DNA of 64,000 nt from Candidatus Kapaibacterium sp. (GCA_963665665.1 OY762428.1:3776001-3840000); one strand, 5' to 3'. Shown: positions 10,805 through 21,375, numbered from the stretch's first letter. Numbers and translations are program-made. Notes: generated by a model from the sequence alone, not told the origin.

Positions 10805-13800
10805 AAAAAGCTATCCTTACCCTATTACTACTGCTGCCGCTTGCAGCGCAGGCGCAAAGCCTTTCGGTATTTGATATTGACACAACTGACTACCCGATAA
10901 TGCGGGCAAAGTTCTATGTATTTGATGAGAATAGAGATCAAATCATTAACCTTTCTCCCTCCGATTTTGAAATAACTGAAAATGGAGAGCAAAGGGATGT
11001 GATTAGTGTTTCCTGCCCGGAACCGAAAGAACCTGTTGCAATTTCAAGCGTACTGACGATAGACGTTTCGGGTTCTATGACGACGGGCACCAAACTTAAT
11101 ACGGCAAAGGAAGCAGGAAAAGCTTGGATAAATGGGCTGCCCCTCGGAAAATCAGAATGCGCTATTACTGCTTTTGATACAAGAAATAATATGATTCAGG
11201 ATTTTACAACTAACAGATCAAGGCTGCTTGAAAAGTTAAATATCCTTTCTGCTGGTGGCGGTACTGATTTTGATGCCGGTTTTATCAATCCAATGTCAGG
11301 AGCTTTGCTTGCCGCTGAAAAAGGAAAATATAAAAAAGTTGTTGTATTTGTAACTGATGGATTTGCAGATGGTAACGAAGTAGCAATTATCCAAAAGTCA
11401 AATGAAATCGGCGCTACAGTGTTTTGTGTTACAATTGGCTTTACTTGTCCGCTGATATTAAGGAATATTGCCGAACAAACAGGCGGAAAGTGGTTTGAAA
11501 ATATAGCAACTGTAGATCAGGCAAGGCAAACATATTTGAAAATTTTACAAATGGCACAGGGAGGTGGTCCCTGCGAAATTGAATGGGAAAGCGGGATACA
11601 TTGTAATTATAATAAAGTAATCTTTGAAGCTAAAATTCCAAAATTTATGTTAGTGTATTCCGGAAATTATCTTTCTACGATTAGTTCCATTGCAAAACTA
11701 CAATTTTCTCCTGTCGGAATTTTATTATTAAATAAACCTGTAGGTGTGCGTGCTGATACTGTGGTAACAATTACTGCGTTCAATTCTGATTTCATTGTAA
11801 GCAATATAACAAGTAATAACCCTGAATTTGAAATAAATCCCAAATCATTTTCAATTAAAGCCGGGGAAAGTAAAGAATTGATTGTAAGTTTTACACCTGT
11901 TGATGAAAGTAATAAATTTGCAAAATTTGATATGAAAAATGATCTTTGCAATATTAATTACTATTCTGCTGGCAGGCATATTGGACAGACTGAACAGCAA
12001 AAAACATTAAAACTAACACATCCCAACGGCGGAGAAGAATTCCTTGTTGGCAGAGATACAATTATAACATGGGAAGGTATTTTGCCTACCGGTACAGTAT
12101 CTTTGGATTATAGTATTAATAATGGCAAAAACTGGAATAATATCACAGACAGCGCAAGTGATTATAAGTATGTTTGGAAAAATATACCAAGTCCTGAATC
12201 TGACGAATGTCTAATAAAAATTGATCAGGATGCATATAGAGAATCTGATTCTCATCTTATTTGGAGTACTGCACCCGGTGGTCATATCAATGATATTGCT
12301 TATAACCCGGATGGCAGTAAAATCGCTTATAATATTTGGGATATTGTTTACATAGTTGATAGTAAAACAGGAAATTTATTAAGGATTCTATCTGGACATA
12401 GTGATGATGTAAAGTGTTTATCCTTCAGTCCGGACGGGAACAAAATTGCTACAGCAAGCTATGACAATACCTGCAAATTGTGGGATTTACAAAGCGGAAA
12501 AGAAATATCTACTTTAATTGGACATTCACGTGGTGTTGAATGTATAATATTCAGTCCAGACGGCAGTAAAATCGCTTCAGGGAGCTGGGACAATACAATA
12601 AAGATATGGGACTCAAACAACGGTGCAGAATTGTGTAATCTATCAGGACATAAAAGTACAATAGAAAGCTTATCATTTAGCCCCGATGGCAAACTACTGG
12701 CATCCGGAAGCAGGGACAGTACCTGCAAGATTTGGGATATTGCAAGTGGTTCAGAGATACGGACTCTAACTAAGAGCGTTGATATATTTAGTGTAGATTT
12801 CAACCCTGACGGTAGTATACTCGCTTCAGCTGGTCGGGATGGAATCAAGCTCTGGGACGTTAAAAGCGGAGTTAAGATTAGTCATGATACATCACTAATA
12901 GGGCATAAAGATGTTATACTAGACCTAATGTTTAGTCCTAACGGAAGAATGCTCGCTTCGGGTAGCAAGGACAAAACAATTAAGCTATGGGATGTAGATA
13001 GTGGAGATTTGATCCGCACTCTAATAGGACATGAATGGGGAGTATATTGCTTATCATTCAGTCCAGACGGCAGCAATATTGCTTCCGGAGGATTAGACAA
13101 AACAATAAGAATATGGGATGTTAGTAGCGGTACTGTGATTGATACATTATCAGGTCATGAAAATAATGTTAACAGTGTAAAATTCAGTCCAGATGGCAAC
13201 AAGATCGCTTCTTGCAGTGATGACAGAACAATCAAAATTTGGGATTCAAAAAGTGGTATTGAGCTTACAACATTCATTGGTTATTCTATGGCAAACGACT
13301 TATCATACAGCCCGGATGGCAGCAAGCTAGCTTCTGCCTGGGATAACAGAATACTAACGCTCTGGGATATTGAAACTGGAACGGAAATAGACACATTGAC
13401 CGGGCATAGTGGCAATGTAATAAGCGTATCGTTCAGCCCTGACGGTAGTATGATTGCTTCGGGAAGTGCTGATAAAACTATCAAGCTCTGGGACGCTTCC
13501 AACGGTACGGAAATACGCACACTGACCGGGCATAGTAGCAATGTAATGAGCGTATCGTTCAGCCCTGACGGCAGCATGATAGCCTCCTGTAGTACTGATA
13601 GTACTATCAAGCTCTGGGACGCTTCCAACGGTACGGAAATACGCACACTGACCGGGCATAGTAGTTATGTCATGAGTATATCGTTCAGCCCTGACGGTAG
13701 TATGATTGCCTCAGGTGGGGCAGACAGTACAGTTAGAGTTTGGGATGTTAATAGCGGGATGGAAATACATACACTTAAAGGTCAATCATTTATTATTTAT

Positions 13801-15372
13801 TGTGTAACTTACAGTCCCGACGGAAGCAAGATTGCTTCAGCAGGGAACAAAATGATCAAAATATGGGATGCTAATCGTGGCATTGAAATTAGTACATTGA
13901 AAGCTAATTCCATTTGTTGGACCGCTCGAAACTTATCTTTTAGTCCAGACGGCAAAATACTCGCTTCCGGAAGTGTTGATAATACTGTAAAAACCTGGAT
14001 AATTGAAGAAAATATCCTCCAATCCGATACATCTGACGCAGTTTTCTCCATCGTCGCCCCACACGCAGAAGCGCGAAGCATAGATATGGGCAGGGAGATT
14101 GTGGGCGAAGTGAAAGATTCCCTTTTTGCGGATTTTGTTGTTAATACCGGGTCGTATAAGGTAAGGATTGATTCCATATATTTCTCCGGGGCTGATGCAA
14201 ATGCTTTCGCGCAGGTTTCGGCTTTCCCTGTATATGAAATTGATGTGGATAAGGCGCAATCCACAGAGTTCAGGTTTATACCAAACCGTGTAGGTCTTCA
14301 TACTGCAAAATTGAATATAATAACACAGGCTGAAAACCTGGAATATGATATATCAGGCATTGGCGAGGAAAGAAGATTGCAGCTTGCCTGCGATATTCTC
14401 GACTTTGGTGAAGTGGAAATGGGCAATGATACTATCATTGCCGATACCGTTCTTATCAGGAATCTGACAAACCAGCAAATAGATATTACGGGCGTCAGCC
14501 AGCTCGGGCCGGATATGGAGCAGTTCAATATCATCAGCGGCGGCGGCACTTTCACACTTGCCCCGAGCGGTGAGCACAAAATGTCATTGCAGTTCATGCC
14601 TAAATACGGAGGCAGGACTTCCGGACAGCTTGGGTTTGAATACGAGGGCGCTGGAAGCCCTGCAATAGTTCAGCTATTCGGTACAGGCAAGGGCGGCCTT
14701 GTCTATGCTGCGGACGATTCAGCCTACGCCGGAGACCAGTTCAATATTAAACTCATGCTAGGAAATGTAAAACCCGAGGGCATTGCCAAACTTGCCACAG
14801 ATTACAAAGCAACTATCCGTTTCCAAAGAACACTGCTTGCCCCCTCGGGAAGCATCGACTGGCAAAGTACAGTTGATTCCATTTACATAACCATAAAAGG
14901 AAAAATCGGCAATACTGTTGAATTATCAGAAATACCGGTTATTGCCTGCCTTGGCAACACGGAGGAAACTGCAATCGATGTGGTGGAAATGAACCTTCTC
15001 GACGAGTCCGGCAATCCGATAGAATACGAATTTGAAAAACAGAGCGGAACATTCACCCTGCTCGGCATCTGCCGCGAGGGCGGCGCCAGGCTGATAAATC
15101 CTAATATCGAAGCAGGGATTATTAATATTTCACCAAATCCTGCTGAAAAAAGCCTGAATATCGAAATATCACTGATAGAAGAAGGCCAGACGGAACTTTC
15201 AATATTCAATTCATTCGGGGAATCTGTTCAGAACATATTTTCCGCAAACAACGAAACCACGGGTGCAAACAAATTTAAAGCCGACATCAGCAATCTTGCC
15301 AACGGAGTTTACTACGTTATTCTGAAAACACCCAATCAGCATTTTATCGAAAAGGTGTTGGTGATAAGGTAG
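10801..15372 (+). CDS. Secreted VWA + 14 WD40 repeats + Ig-like (ASH/choice-of-anchor D-like) + T9SS sorting domain protein
   Basis: Signal peptide; MIDAS DVSGSM, GGTDF, FVTDG; 14 GH...SPDG...WD repeats; C-terminal SPNPA...LANGVYYV...KVLVIR; ATGA overlap with the upstream gene. Confidence 0.88.
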   Translation: MKKAILTLLLLLPLAAQAQSLSVFDIDTTDYPIMRAKFYVFDENRDQIINLSPSDFEITENGEQRDVISVSCPEPKEPVAISSVLTIDVSGSMTTGTKLNTAKEAGKAWINGLPLGKSECAITAFDTRNNMIQDFTTNRSRLLEKLNILSAGGGTDFDAGFINPMSGALLAAEKGKYKKVVVFVTDGFADGNEVAIIQKSNEIGATVFCVTIGFTCPLILRNIAEQTGGKWFENIATVDQARQTYLKILQMAQGGGPCEIEWESGIHCNYNKVIFEAKIPKFMLVYSGNYLSTISSIAKLQFSPVGILLLNKPVGVRADTVVTITAFNSDFIVSNITSNNPEFEINPKSFSIKAGESKELIVSFTPVDESNKFAKFDMKNDLCNINYYSAGRHIGQTEQQKTLKLTHPNGGEEFLVGRDTIITWEGILPTGTVSLDYSINNGKNWNNITDSASDYKYVWKNIPSPESDECLIKIDQDAYRESDSHLIWSTAPGGHINDIAYNPDGSKIAYNIWDIVYIVDSKTGNLLRILSGHSDDVKCLSFSPDGNKIATASYDNTCKLWDLQSGKEISTLIGHSRGVECIIFSPDGSKIASGSWDNTIKIWDSNNGAELCNLSGHKSTIESLSFSPDGKLLASGSRDSTCKIWDIASGSEIRTLTKSVDIFSVDFNPDGSILASAGRDGIKLWDVKSGVKISHDTSLIGHKDVILDLMFSPNGRMLASGSKDKTIKLWDVDSGDLIRTLIGHEWGVYCLSFSPDGSNIASGGLDKTIRIWDVSSGTVIDTLSGHENNVNSVKFSPDGNKIASCSDDRTIKIWDSKSGIELTTFIGYSMANDLSYSPDGSKLASAWDNRILTLWDIETGTEIDTLTGHSGNVISVSFSPDGSMIASGSADKTIKLWDASNGTEIRTLTGHSSNVMSVSFSPDGSMIASCSTDSTIKLWDASNGTEIRTLTGHSSYVMSISFSPDGSMIASGGADSTVRVWDVNSGMEIHTLKGQSFIIYCVTYSPDGSKIASAGNKMIKIWDANRGIEISTLKANSICWTARNLSFSPDGKILASGSVDNTVKTWIIEENILQSDTSDAVFSIVAPHAEARSIDMGREIVGEVKDSLFADFVVNTGSYKVRIDSIYFSGADANAFAQVSAFPVYEIDVDKAQSTEFRFIPNRVGLHTAKLNIITQAENLEYDISGIGEERRLQLACDILDFGEVEMGNDTIIADTVLIRNLTNQQIDITGVSQLGPDMEQFNIISGGGTFTLAPSGEHKMSLQFMPKYGGRTSGQLGFEYEGAGSPAIVQLFGTGKGGLVYAADDSAYAGDQFNIKLMLGNVKPEGIAKLATDYKATIRFQRTLLAPSGSIDWQSTVDSIYITIKGKIGNTVELSEIPVIACLGNTEETAIDVVEMNLLDESGNPIEYEFEKQSGTFTLLGICREGGARLINPNIEAGIINISPNPAEKSLNIEISLIEEGQTELSIFNSFGESVQNIFSANNETTGANKFKADISNLANGVYYVILKTPNQHFIEKVLVIR
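13381..13712 (+). repeat. Near-identical 126-bp tandem repeat (about 3 copies) encoding WD40 blades
   Basis: acggaaata...accgggcatagt...tcgttcagccctgacgg recurs at 13381, 13507 and 13633. Confidence 0.9.
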
Positions 15373-15531
15373 ATAAAATTAGTTAAAAATGATATTTCCA
15401 GTAAAAAGTATAAAATATCTGATAAAAGTCTCACCCCTGCTTGCCCCGCGATCTCTCTTTATCAAAAAAATATTTTACTTATAAAATAGCCAAGTGCTTT
15501 AGCTCGTGGAAGGCATGAACAAAAACACTAA

Positions 15532-15738
15532 CAGAAATATGCTAAAGAGCATGGCTTGAAACATCAGGTAATTATTGCCAGCAAAAATCAACATGTCAAT
15601 GATAAAATATATCATATTAAACATTTTAATAGTATTCATTCTCGTTTAAAATCCAATATTTTAAAATTTAATGGAGTAGCATCGAATTTCGGTTATGTGC
15701 AAGCTGAAAGAATTAATGCACACTATATTTCATCATAG
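15532..15738 (+). pseudogene. IS1595-family (ISXO2-like) transposase remnant
   Basis: KYAKEHGLKHQVIIAS...KIYHIKHFNSIHSRLKSNILKFNGVAS resembles the C-terminal 'IYHIQHVNSLHSRLK...FNGVATKYL' motif; N-terminus missing. Confidence 0.7.
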
Positions 15739-15890
15739 CTAAGAAAATCATGAAATAAAAATTGACTCTTTGTTATATTCAGGTTTATTTGTATCTTGTA
15801 AGAAATCGATATATTTATGTTTATATTCCTATGTTTATATCCCTAATAGATTTAAATATTGTTAAGTCAACCAGAATTTTTGTTTAGGTT

Positions 15891-18530
15891 ATGAAGAAAA
15901 ACATTGATAAAACAGCAAATAAAATTAAAAGTTCTATTGAAGAAGAAGCCATTAATCCAGTCGCAATCAATTGCCCGGATTTTCCAATCGTGGGAATCGG
16001 TGCCTCTGCCGGAGGGCTGGAGGCTTTAGAACAATTCCTGGGTAATGTCCCTGATAACTGTGGGATGGCTTTCGTTGTGATTCAGCATCTGGATCCGCAT
16101 CACGTTGGAGTAATGCCCGAATTATTGCAGCGAACCACCAGTATGAAAGTGCTGCAGGTTAGCGATAAAATGCAAGTGCAGCCAAATCACTTGTATGTAA
16201 TTCCCCCGAACAAAAGCATGTCCATATTAAAAAACTTTCTGCATTTGTTTGAACCGGTTGAAACAAGGGGACTCAGGCTTCCGATAGATTTGTTTTTCCG
16301 TTCATTGGCAGAGGACTTGCAGGAAAGGAGTATTGGCATTATTCTTTCCGGTATGGGCTCAGACGGCAGTCTGGGGTTGCAGGCGATCAAAGAAAAGAAC
16401 GGCATCGTGCTTGTTCAGGATCCCCTCACAGCCAAATTCGACGGTATGCCCGGTAGCGCAATCAAATCCGTGGTCGTGGATATTTCTGCAGCAGCAAATG
16501 AACTGCCTGCAAAACTGATAGATTTTATCAAATACAAACCTGCCGGAATGAGGAAAATCGGAATTGATAATGATAAAAAGAACTATCTCGAAAAAATAAT
16601 GATTCTGTTGCGTTCCCAAACCGGACACGATTTTTCGTTGTATAAGAAAAATACTTTGTACAGACGCTTAGAAAGGCGTATAAACATACATCAAATTGAC
16701 AAAATTGAGCATTACGTCAGGTTTTTGCAGAATAACCCAACCGAAATAGATATACTTTTTAAAGAGTTGTTAATCGGGGTAACTAATTTTTTCCGCGAAG
16801 CTGAAGTTTGGGAAAAACTGAAAGATAGCATCTTCCCTGAATTGTTCAGGGATTTACCTGACGGATATATCCTTCGGGCATGGGTTGCAGGTTGCTCTAC
16901 CGGAGAAGAAGCATATTCATTGGCAATTATTTTCCAGGAAGCTTACCAAAAAATAAAACATGAAAAAAATATAACACTCCAAATATTCGCGACTGATATT
17001 GACAGCGACGCAATAGCAATCGCCAGAAATGGATTTTTCAGCTCGAATATTGCTACTGATGTTTCGGAGGAAAGGCTCAGGAATTATTTTTCAACCGACG
17101 AAAATGGCTTTCGGATTAATTCGGCCATTCGCGAAATGGTGATTTTTGCGACACACAATGTAATCAAAGACCCACCATTCACAAAATTAGACATGCTCTC
17201 TTGCCGTAATTTATTGATTTACATGGAAGCCGAATTGCAGAAGAGGCTGATGAACCTATTTCATTACAGTTTAAATCAAGGCGGTTTCATGCTACTTGGC
17301 AATGCCGAAAATGATAATTCTCAAACCAATCATTTCATACCAATTGATGAAAAGCAAAAGCTGTATAAACGCTCTGAAACCCCGGTGAATTCTCAATTGC
17401 TTGAATTCCCAAGTTCATTTCACCATACCCCGGTACAAACATCCCTCGAAATCAAAACAGTGAAAAATTCAGAAAATATCCAGACTATCGCGGATCAAAT
17501 CATTCTTCAGCGATTCGCGCCGGCAAGTGTATTAATAAACCGGGATGGAGATATTTTATATATCACCGGCCGTACGGGTAAATATTTGGAACCCGCTGCC
17601 GGAAAAGCCAACTGGAATATCTACGCCATGGCAAGGGAGGGATTGAACACCGAACTTCCCGGAGCCATCAGGAAAGCCAGACAAAGTTTCGAACCCGTAA
17701 TATTGCATAATATCAAAGTTGGAACTAATGGCGGAACTCAAATCGTTAATATTACCTTTCAAATGATTGAAAAACCTGATGCTATTAAAGGTACAATAAT
17801 GATTGTGTTTGAAGATGTCGCCGATATTCCCGGGCCGGTCAGAAAAAAAATGAAAAATGTCAACGCCGAATCCACTATTCGAGAGCATGAATTAGAACTT
17901 GAAGTACAGAGGTCAAAAGAAGAACTTCAAAAAACTCGCGAGGAAATGCAGACAACGCAGGAAGAATTGAAATCGACCAACGAGGAAATGCAGTCCACAA
18001 ATGAAGAATTGCAGTCAACCAACGAAGAACTCACTACGTCCAAGGAAGAAATGCAAAGCCTGAATGAAGAGCTTCAAACCGTTAACATTGAATTGCAAAG
18101 CAAGATAAATGACTACATGGTAGCCAATAACGATATGAAGAATCTCCTGAACAGTACAGATATCGCCACCTTGTTCCTCGACAAGGAGCTAAACATCCGG
18201 CGTTATACCGACCAGTTGACAAAACTTTTCAAGTTGCGCCCGACTGATGTGGGAAGGCCTTTTACAGACATGGTAACGGATTTGCGTTATCCCGAAATAA
18301 CCGATCATGCCATGGAGGTATTGCGAACCCTCGTATTCATAGAAACCGACATTTCAACGCACGACCAACGTTGGTTCAAGGTTCGAATAATGCCCTACCG
18401 CACTTTCGACGACCGAATAGACGGGCTGGTGATAACATTCATTGATATCAGCCAGGCTAAAAAAGTCGAGAACGAGCTTAATGAAACTATTGCTTTACTT
18501 CAAAAGCATGATTTATACAAAAAAACATGA
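15891..18530 (+). CDS. CheB methylesterase-CheR methyltransferase fusion with PAS and coiled-coil domains
   Basis: GIGASAGGLEA, IQHL, LSGMGSDG (CheB triad); WVAGCSTGEEAYS, IFATDID, SCRNLLIY (CheR); EELQSTNEEL repeats; C-terminal PAS. Confidence 0.95.
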   Translation: MKKNIDKTANKIKSSIEEEAINPVAINCPDFPIVGIGASAGGLEALEQFLGNVPDNCGMAFVVIQHLDPHHVGVMPELLQRTTSMKVLQVSDKMQVQPNHLYVIPPNKSMSILKNFLHLFEPVETRGLRLPIDLFFRSLAEDLQERSIGIILSGMGSDGSLGLQAIKEKNGIVLVQDPLTAKFDGMPGSAIKSVVVDISAAANELPAKLIDFIKYKPAGMRKIGIDNDKKNYLEKIMILLRSQTGHDFSLYKKNTLYRRLERRINIHQIDKIEHYVRFLQNNPTEIDILFKELLIGVTNFFREAEVWEKLKDSIFPELFRDLPDGYILRAWVAGCSTGEEAYSLAIIFQEAYQKIKHEKNITLQIFATDIDSDAIAIARNGFFSSNIATDVSEERLRNYFSTDENGFRINSAIREMVIFATHNVIKDPPFTKLDMLSCRNLLIYMEAELQKRLMNLFHYSLNQGGFMLLGNAENDNSQTNHFIPIDEKQKLYKRSETPVNSQLLEFPSSFHHTPVQTSLEIKTVKNSENIQTIADQIILQRFAPASVLINRDGDILYITGRTGKYLEPAAGKANWNIYAMAREGLNTELPGAIRKARQSFEPVILHNIKVGTNGGTQIVNITFQMIEKPDAIKGTIMIVFEDVADIPGPVRKKMKNVNAESTIREHELELEVQRSKEELQKTREEMQTTQEELKSTNEEMQSTNEELQSTNEELTTSKEEMQSLNEELQTVNIELQSKINDYMVANNDMKNLLNSTDIATLFLDKELNIRRYTDQLTKLFKLRPTDVGRPFTDMVTDLRYPEITDHAMEVLRTLVFIETDISTHDQRWFKVRIMPYRTFDDRIDGLVITFIDISQAKKVENELNETIALLQKHDLYKKT

Positions 18531-18568
18531 AAAAGCAATAAACATGAAAAAGCAATAAACATGAAAAA
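18523..18568 (+). repeat. 17-bp tandem repeat (about 2.7 copies) spanning the stop/start junction
   Basis: aaacatgaaaaagcaat at 18523 and 18540, partial copy at 18557. Confidence 0.9.
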
Positions 18569-21035
18569 ACAAAAAAGCAATTTAACCGATGAGGCAATTC
18601 TACGCCAGAAGGCGGAAGAGCTTCTAAGGGCGAAGGCTTCTAAGGGCTTCGCTAAACCCAAAACTACTGAAAGCGACCTGTTGAGACTGGTTCACGAATT
18701 GCAGGTACACCAGATTGAACTGGAAATGCAGAATGAAGAGCTATTAATCGCAAAAGAAAGGGCGGAACTTGCCGAAGAAAAATATTCTGATTTATACGAC
18801 TTCGCACCTTCCGGCTATCTTGCTCTTACTAAAGAAGGTGATATTTCAGTATTAAATTTAGCTGCTGCCCGTTTACTTGGAAGTACTCGCTCGTATCTGA
18901 TAAATAAAAAATTCGCACTATTCGTTTCCCCGGATACCCGTTTATCCTTTAACAGGTTTTCCCAGGAGATTTTTAAAAGTCGTATTAAGCATTCATGTCA
19001 GATTGTTATTATAGATAAGGATAATTTACCGTTATATATAAACATTGATGGGATAATCAGTGAAAATAATCAATTATGTATCTTGACTTTAACTGACGTT
19101 TCCATCCACGTACGAGATCAGGAAGCCCTGCGCAAAAAAGAAGCCTTGCAAATGAAGATGGTCTCAAATATCGGCGATGTTATAGTAATAATCGATAAAT
19201 GGGGAATCAATAGATATAAAAGCCCGAATGTTGAAGCTTTGTTCGGTTGGAAACCTGAAGAACTCGTTGGTAAAAATACCTGGGATAACGTGCATCCTGA
19301 TGATTTGAAGAAGGGGCATGATTTTATTGAGTCGCTTGCAGACAAACCCAACTCGAAGGGAACTATAGAATTACGATACAGGCGCGGGGACGGGAGTTAT
19401 GTATGGATTGAAATTACTGTTGTTAATTTGTTTCATGACCCAGATGTTGGCGGACTTTTAGGAAATTATCATGATATCAGCGAACGAATACGAATAGAGA
19501 ATAGTCTTCGGGAAAAAGATCTTCAATTCAGGAAACTGTCTTCGAATGCCCCTGTTGTAATTTATCAAATTACCAGGCGTGATGACAGAAGTTATTGTGT
19601 TCCCATTTCTTCCGATAGAATTACTAACATTTTTGGATGCCTTCCGGAAGACCTGGTTGACACTTTTGATCCTATCAGCAGGGTCATTCATCCCGAGGAT
19701 CTGGAGAAATTTTTATACGATATTGAATATTCGGCAGAGTATCTGACTCCTTTCAGCTGTGAATTCAGGGTTCGGGTTCCCGGAAGAAATAATCAATGTA
19801 TTTTAACTAACTCAATTCCTGAAAAATTACCCGATGGTAGTGTAACCTGGTACGGATTTTTTGCCGATATCACAGATAAAAAAAGAATAGAAGGAGAATT
19901 GCAGAAGCTGGCAAAACTCGAATCTCTTGGAATCCTTGCCGGGGGTATAGCCCATAATTTCAAAAATATACTCACGACAATATCTCTTAGCGCCGAATTG
20001 GCAAGGATAAAACCAAACCGAACAGAATACCACCTTGACAAAATAACTAAATCTATCAGCCAGGCATCTGCCCTGGCAACAAGATTCCAGACATTTTCGA
20101 AATGCGACTCTCCTGTACTGAGTGCTACCCAGATAAATGAAACTATAAAGGAGGCTTGCGAAATATCTTTAGCCGGTTCCAGGGCAAATATTTATTTGAA
20201 CCTTGACAGTAATTTGCCGGATATTATGGCCGATGAGAAACAAATGAACGAGGTTTTTACAAATCTGTTAATCAATGCTGACCAGGCAATGCCGAATGGA
20301 GGCAATATTAATATCAGTACTCGTTACGTGCTATTGCAAAAAGGGCAAATAGTAAATTTACCGGATGGAAAATATATTTGTATTGAAATCAAAGATGAAG
20401 GGGGAGGAATACCTAAATCGATAATAAATGAAATATTTACACCATTTTTCACTACAAAGTCAGACGGGCAGGGCTTAGGCCTGGCTTCTGTTTTTTTTAT
20501 TATTGAAAAGCATAACGGAGCAATTAACGTAGAAACAGAAATTGATAAAGGTACGAACTTCATTATTTATTTACCGATCGGTATTTGCAAGAAAATGAAT
20601 ATTGAATTTGAAGAATTAGCAGTTACATTTGATAAAAGATTAAAAATACTTCTTTTGGATGATGATGTCAACATAACATCTAACTTCGAGGAAATGGCCA
20701 GGGAATTGAATTTCAATATGCTTTGCATGAATGACCCGCGTCTGGCTATTGAACAATATGAGTTTAGTATGGAAAGTGAGCCCTTAGATTTGGTTATTCT
20801 TGATTTGACTTTAAAAGGCTATTCGATGGGGGGATTGGATGTATTAAACGAGCTTAAAAAGCTTAATCCCCGAATAAAAGCCCTTGTTTTCAGCGGGCAT
20901 TCCTCGAGGCCAATTGTAGCGGATTACGAGAAGTACGGTTTTGTCGGGAGAATTGAAAAACCAATCAACTGGAAACAATTTAATAATGAACTCGATAGAA
21001 TCCAAAGGCTTATAAATGCTGAAAAAAACCAGTAA
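18561..21035 (+). CDS. Multi-PAS hybrid sensor histidine kinase with receiver domain
   Basis: ELQVHQIELEMQNEEL coil; PAS motifs (VHPDD, IHPED); H-box LAGGIAHNF; NLLINADQAM, D.GGGI, FFTTK, GQGLGL; receiver LLLDDD...ILDL...EKP. Confidence 0.93.
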   Translation: MKKQKSNLTDEAILRQKAEELLRAKASKGFAKPKTTESDLLRLVHELQVHQIELEMQNEELLIAKERAELAEEKYSDLYDFAPSGYLALTKEGDISVLNLAAARLLGSTRSYLINKKFALFVSPDTRLSFNRFSQEIFKSRIKHSCQIVIIDKDNLPLYINIDGIISENNQLCILTLTDVSIHVRDQEALRKKEALQMKMVSNIGDVIVIIDKWGINRYKSPNVEALFGWKPEELVGKNTWDNVHPDDLKKGHDFIESLADKPNSKGTIELRYRRGDGSYVWIEITVVNLFHDPDVGGLLGNYHDISERIRIENSLREKDLQFRKLSSNAPVVIYQITRRDDRSYCVPISSDRITNIFGCLPEDLVDTFDPISRVIHPEDLEKFLYDIEYSAEYLTPFSCEFRVRVPGRNNQCILTNSIPEKLPDGSVTWYGFFADITDKKRIEGELQKLAKLESLGILAGGIAHNFKNILTTISLSAELARIKPNRTEYHLDKITKSISQASALATRFQTFSKCDSPVLSATQINETIKEACEISLAGSRANIYLNLDSNLPDIMADEKQMNEVFTNLLINADQAMPNGGNINISTRYVLLQKGQIVNLPDGKYICIEIKDEGGGIPKSIINEIFTPFFTTKSDGQGLGLASVFFIIEKHNGAINVETEIDKGTNFIIYLPIGICKKMNIEFEELAVTFDKRLKILLLDDDVNITSNFEEMARELNFNMLCMNDPRLAIEQYEFSMESEPLDLVILDLTLKGYSMGGLDVLNELKKLNPRIKALVFSGHSSRPIVADYEKYGFVGRIEKPINWKQFNNELDRIQRLINAEKNQ

Positions 21036-21307
21036 GTAACTCTGAATTTTCCTTCATCCAGATGCCACGTAATTTTTCATGCCACAGTTTTGATTATAAA
21101 CAATACTATCTGCTCTCTCCCAAACACACGCAGTGTGAAACCCTCCCCAAAGAGAGGGCTTTGAAGAAGAACAAGGCGGCAATGGATTCAAACATTGGTG
21201 AAATGCTTCTGACCAGGAGGTCATTGCCTTCAAACAATGGGGGATCGGCCTTATACAAATATTTTTCGTAATATAATATTATTACAATAAGGATAAACTA
21301 AATTTTC

Positions 21308-21347
21308 TAAAAAGAAAAGATCTTCCAGGGGCTTGCCCGGAAGATCT
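21308..21347 (-). terminator. Intrinsic terminator after the Rieske operon
   Basis: agatcttcc...ggaagatct stem followed by a T-rich run on the minus strand. Confidence 0.65.
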
Positions 21348-21375
21348 GTTAATCGATTAGTCAGAATTTATATGT

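Noticed and set aside
13281-13659. Repetitive antisense ORFs and a possible CRISPR-like periodicity
   Set aside because: They mirror the 126-bp WD40 coding repeat; there is no repeat-spacer structure
15816-15843. 14-bp direct repeat tatgtttatat(t/c)cc upstream of cheBR
   Set aside because: Only two AT-rich copies; could be an operator or chance, not supportable
21062-21271. 69-aa ORF and small ccctc/gaggg hairpin between the kinase and the Rieske operon
   Set aside because: No recognisable family in the frames examined; probably decayed sequence
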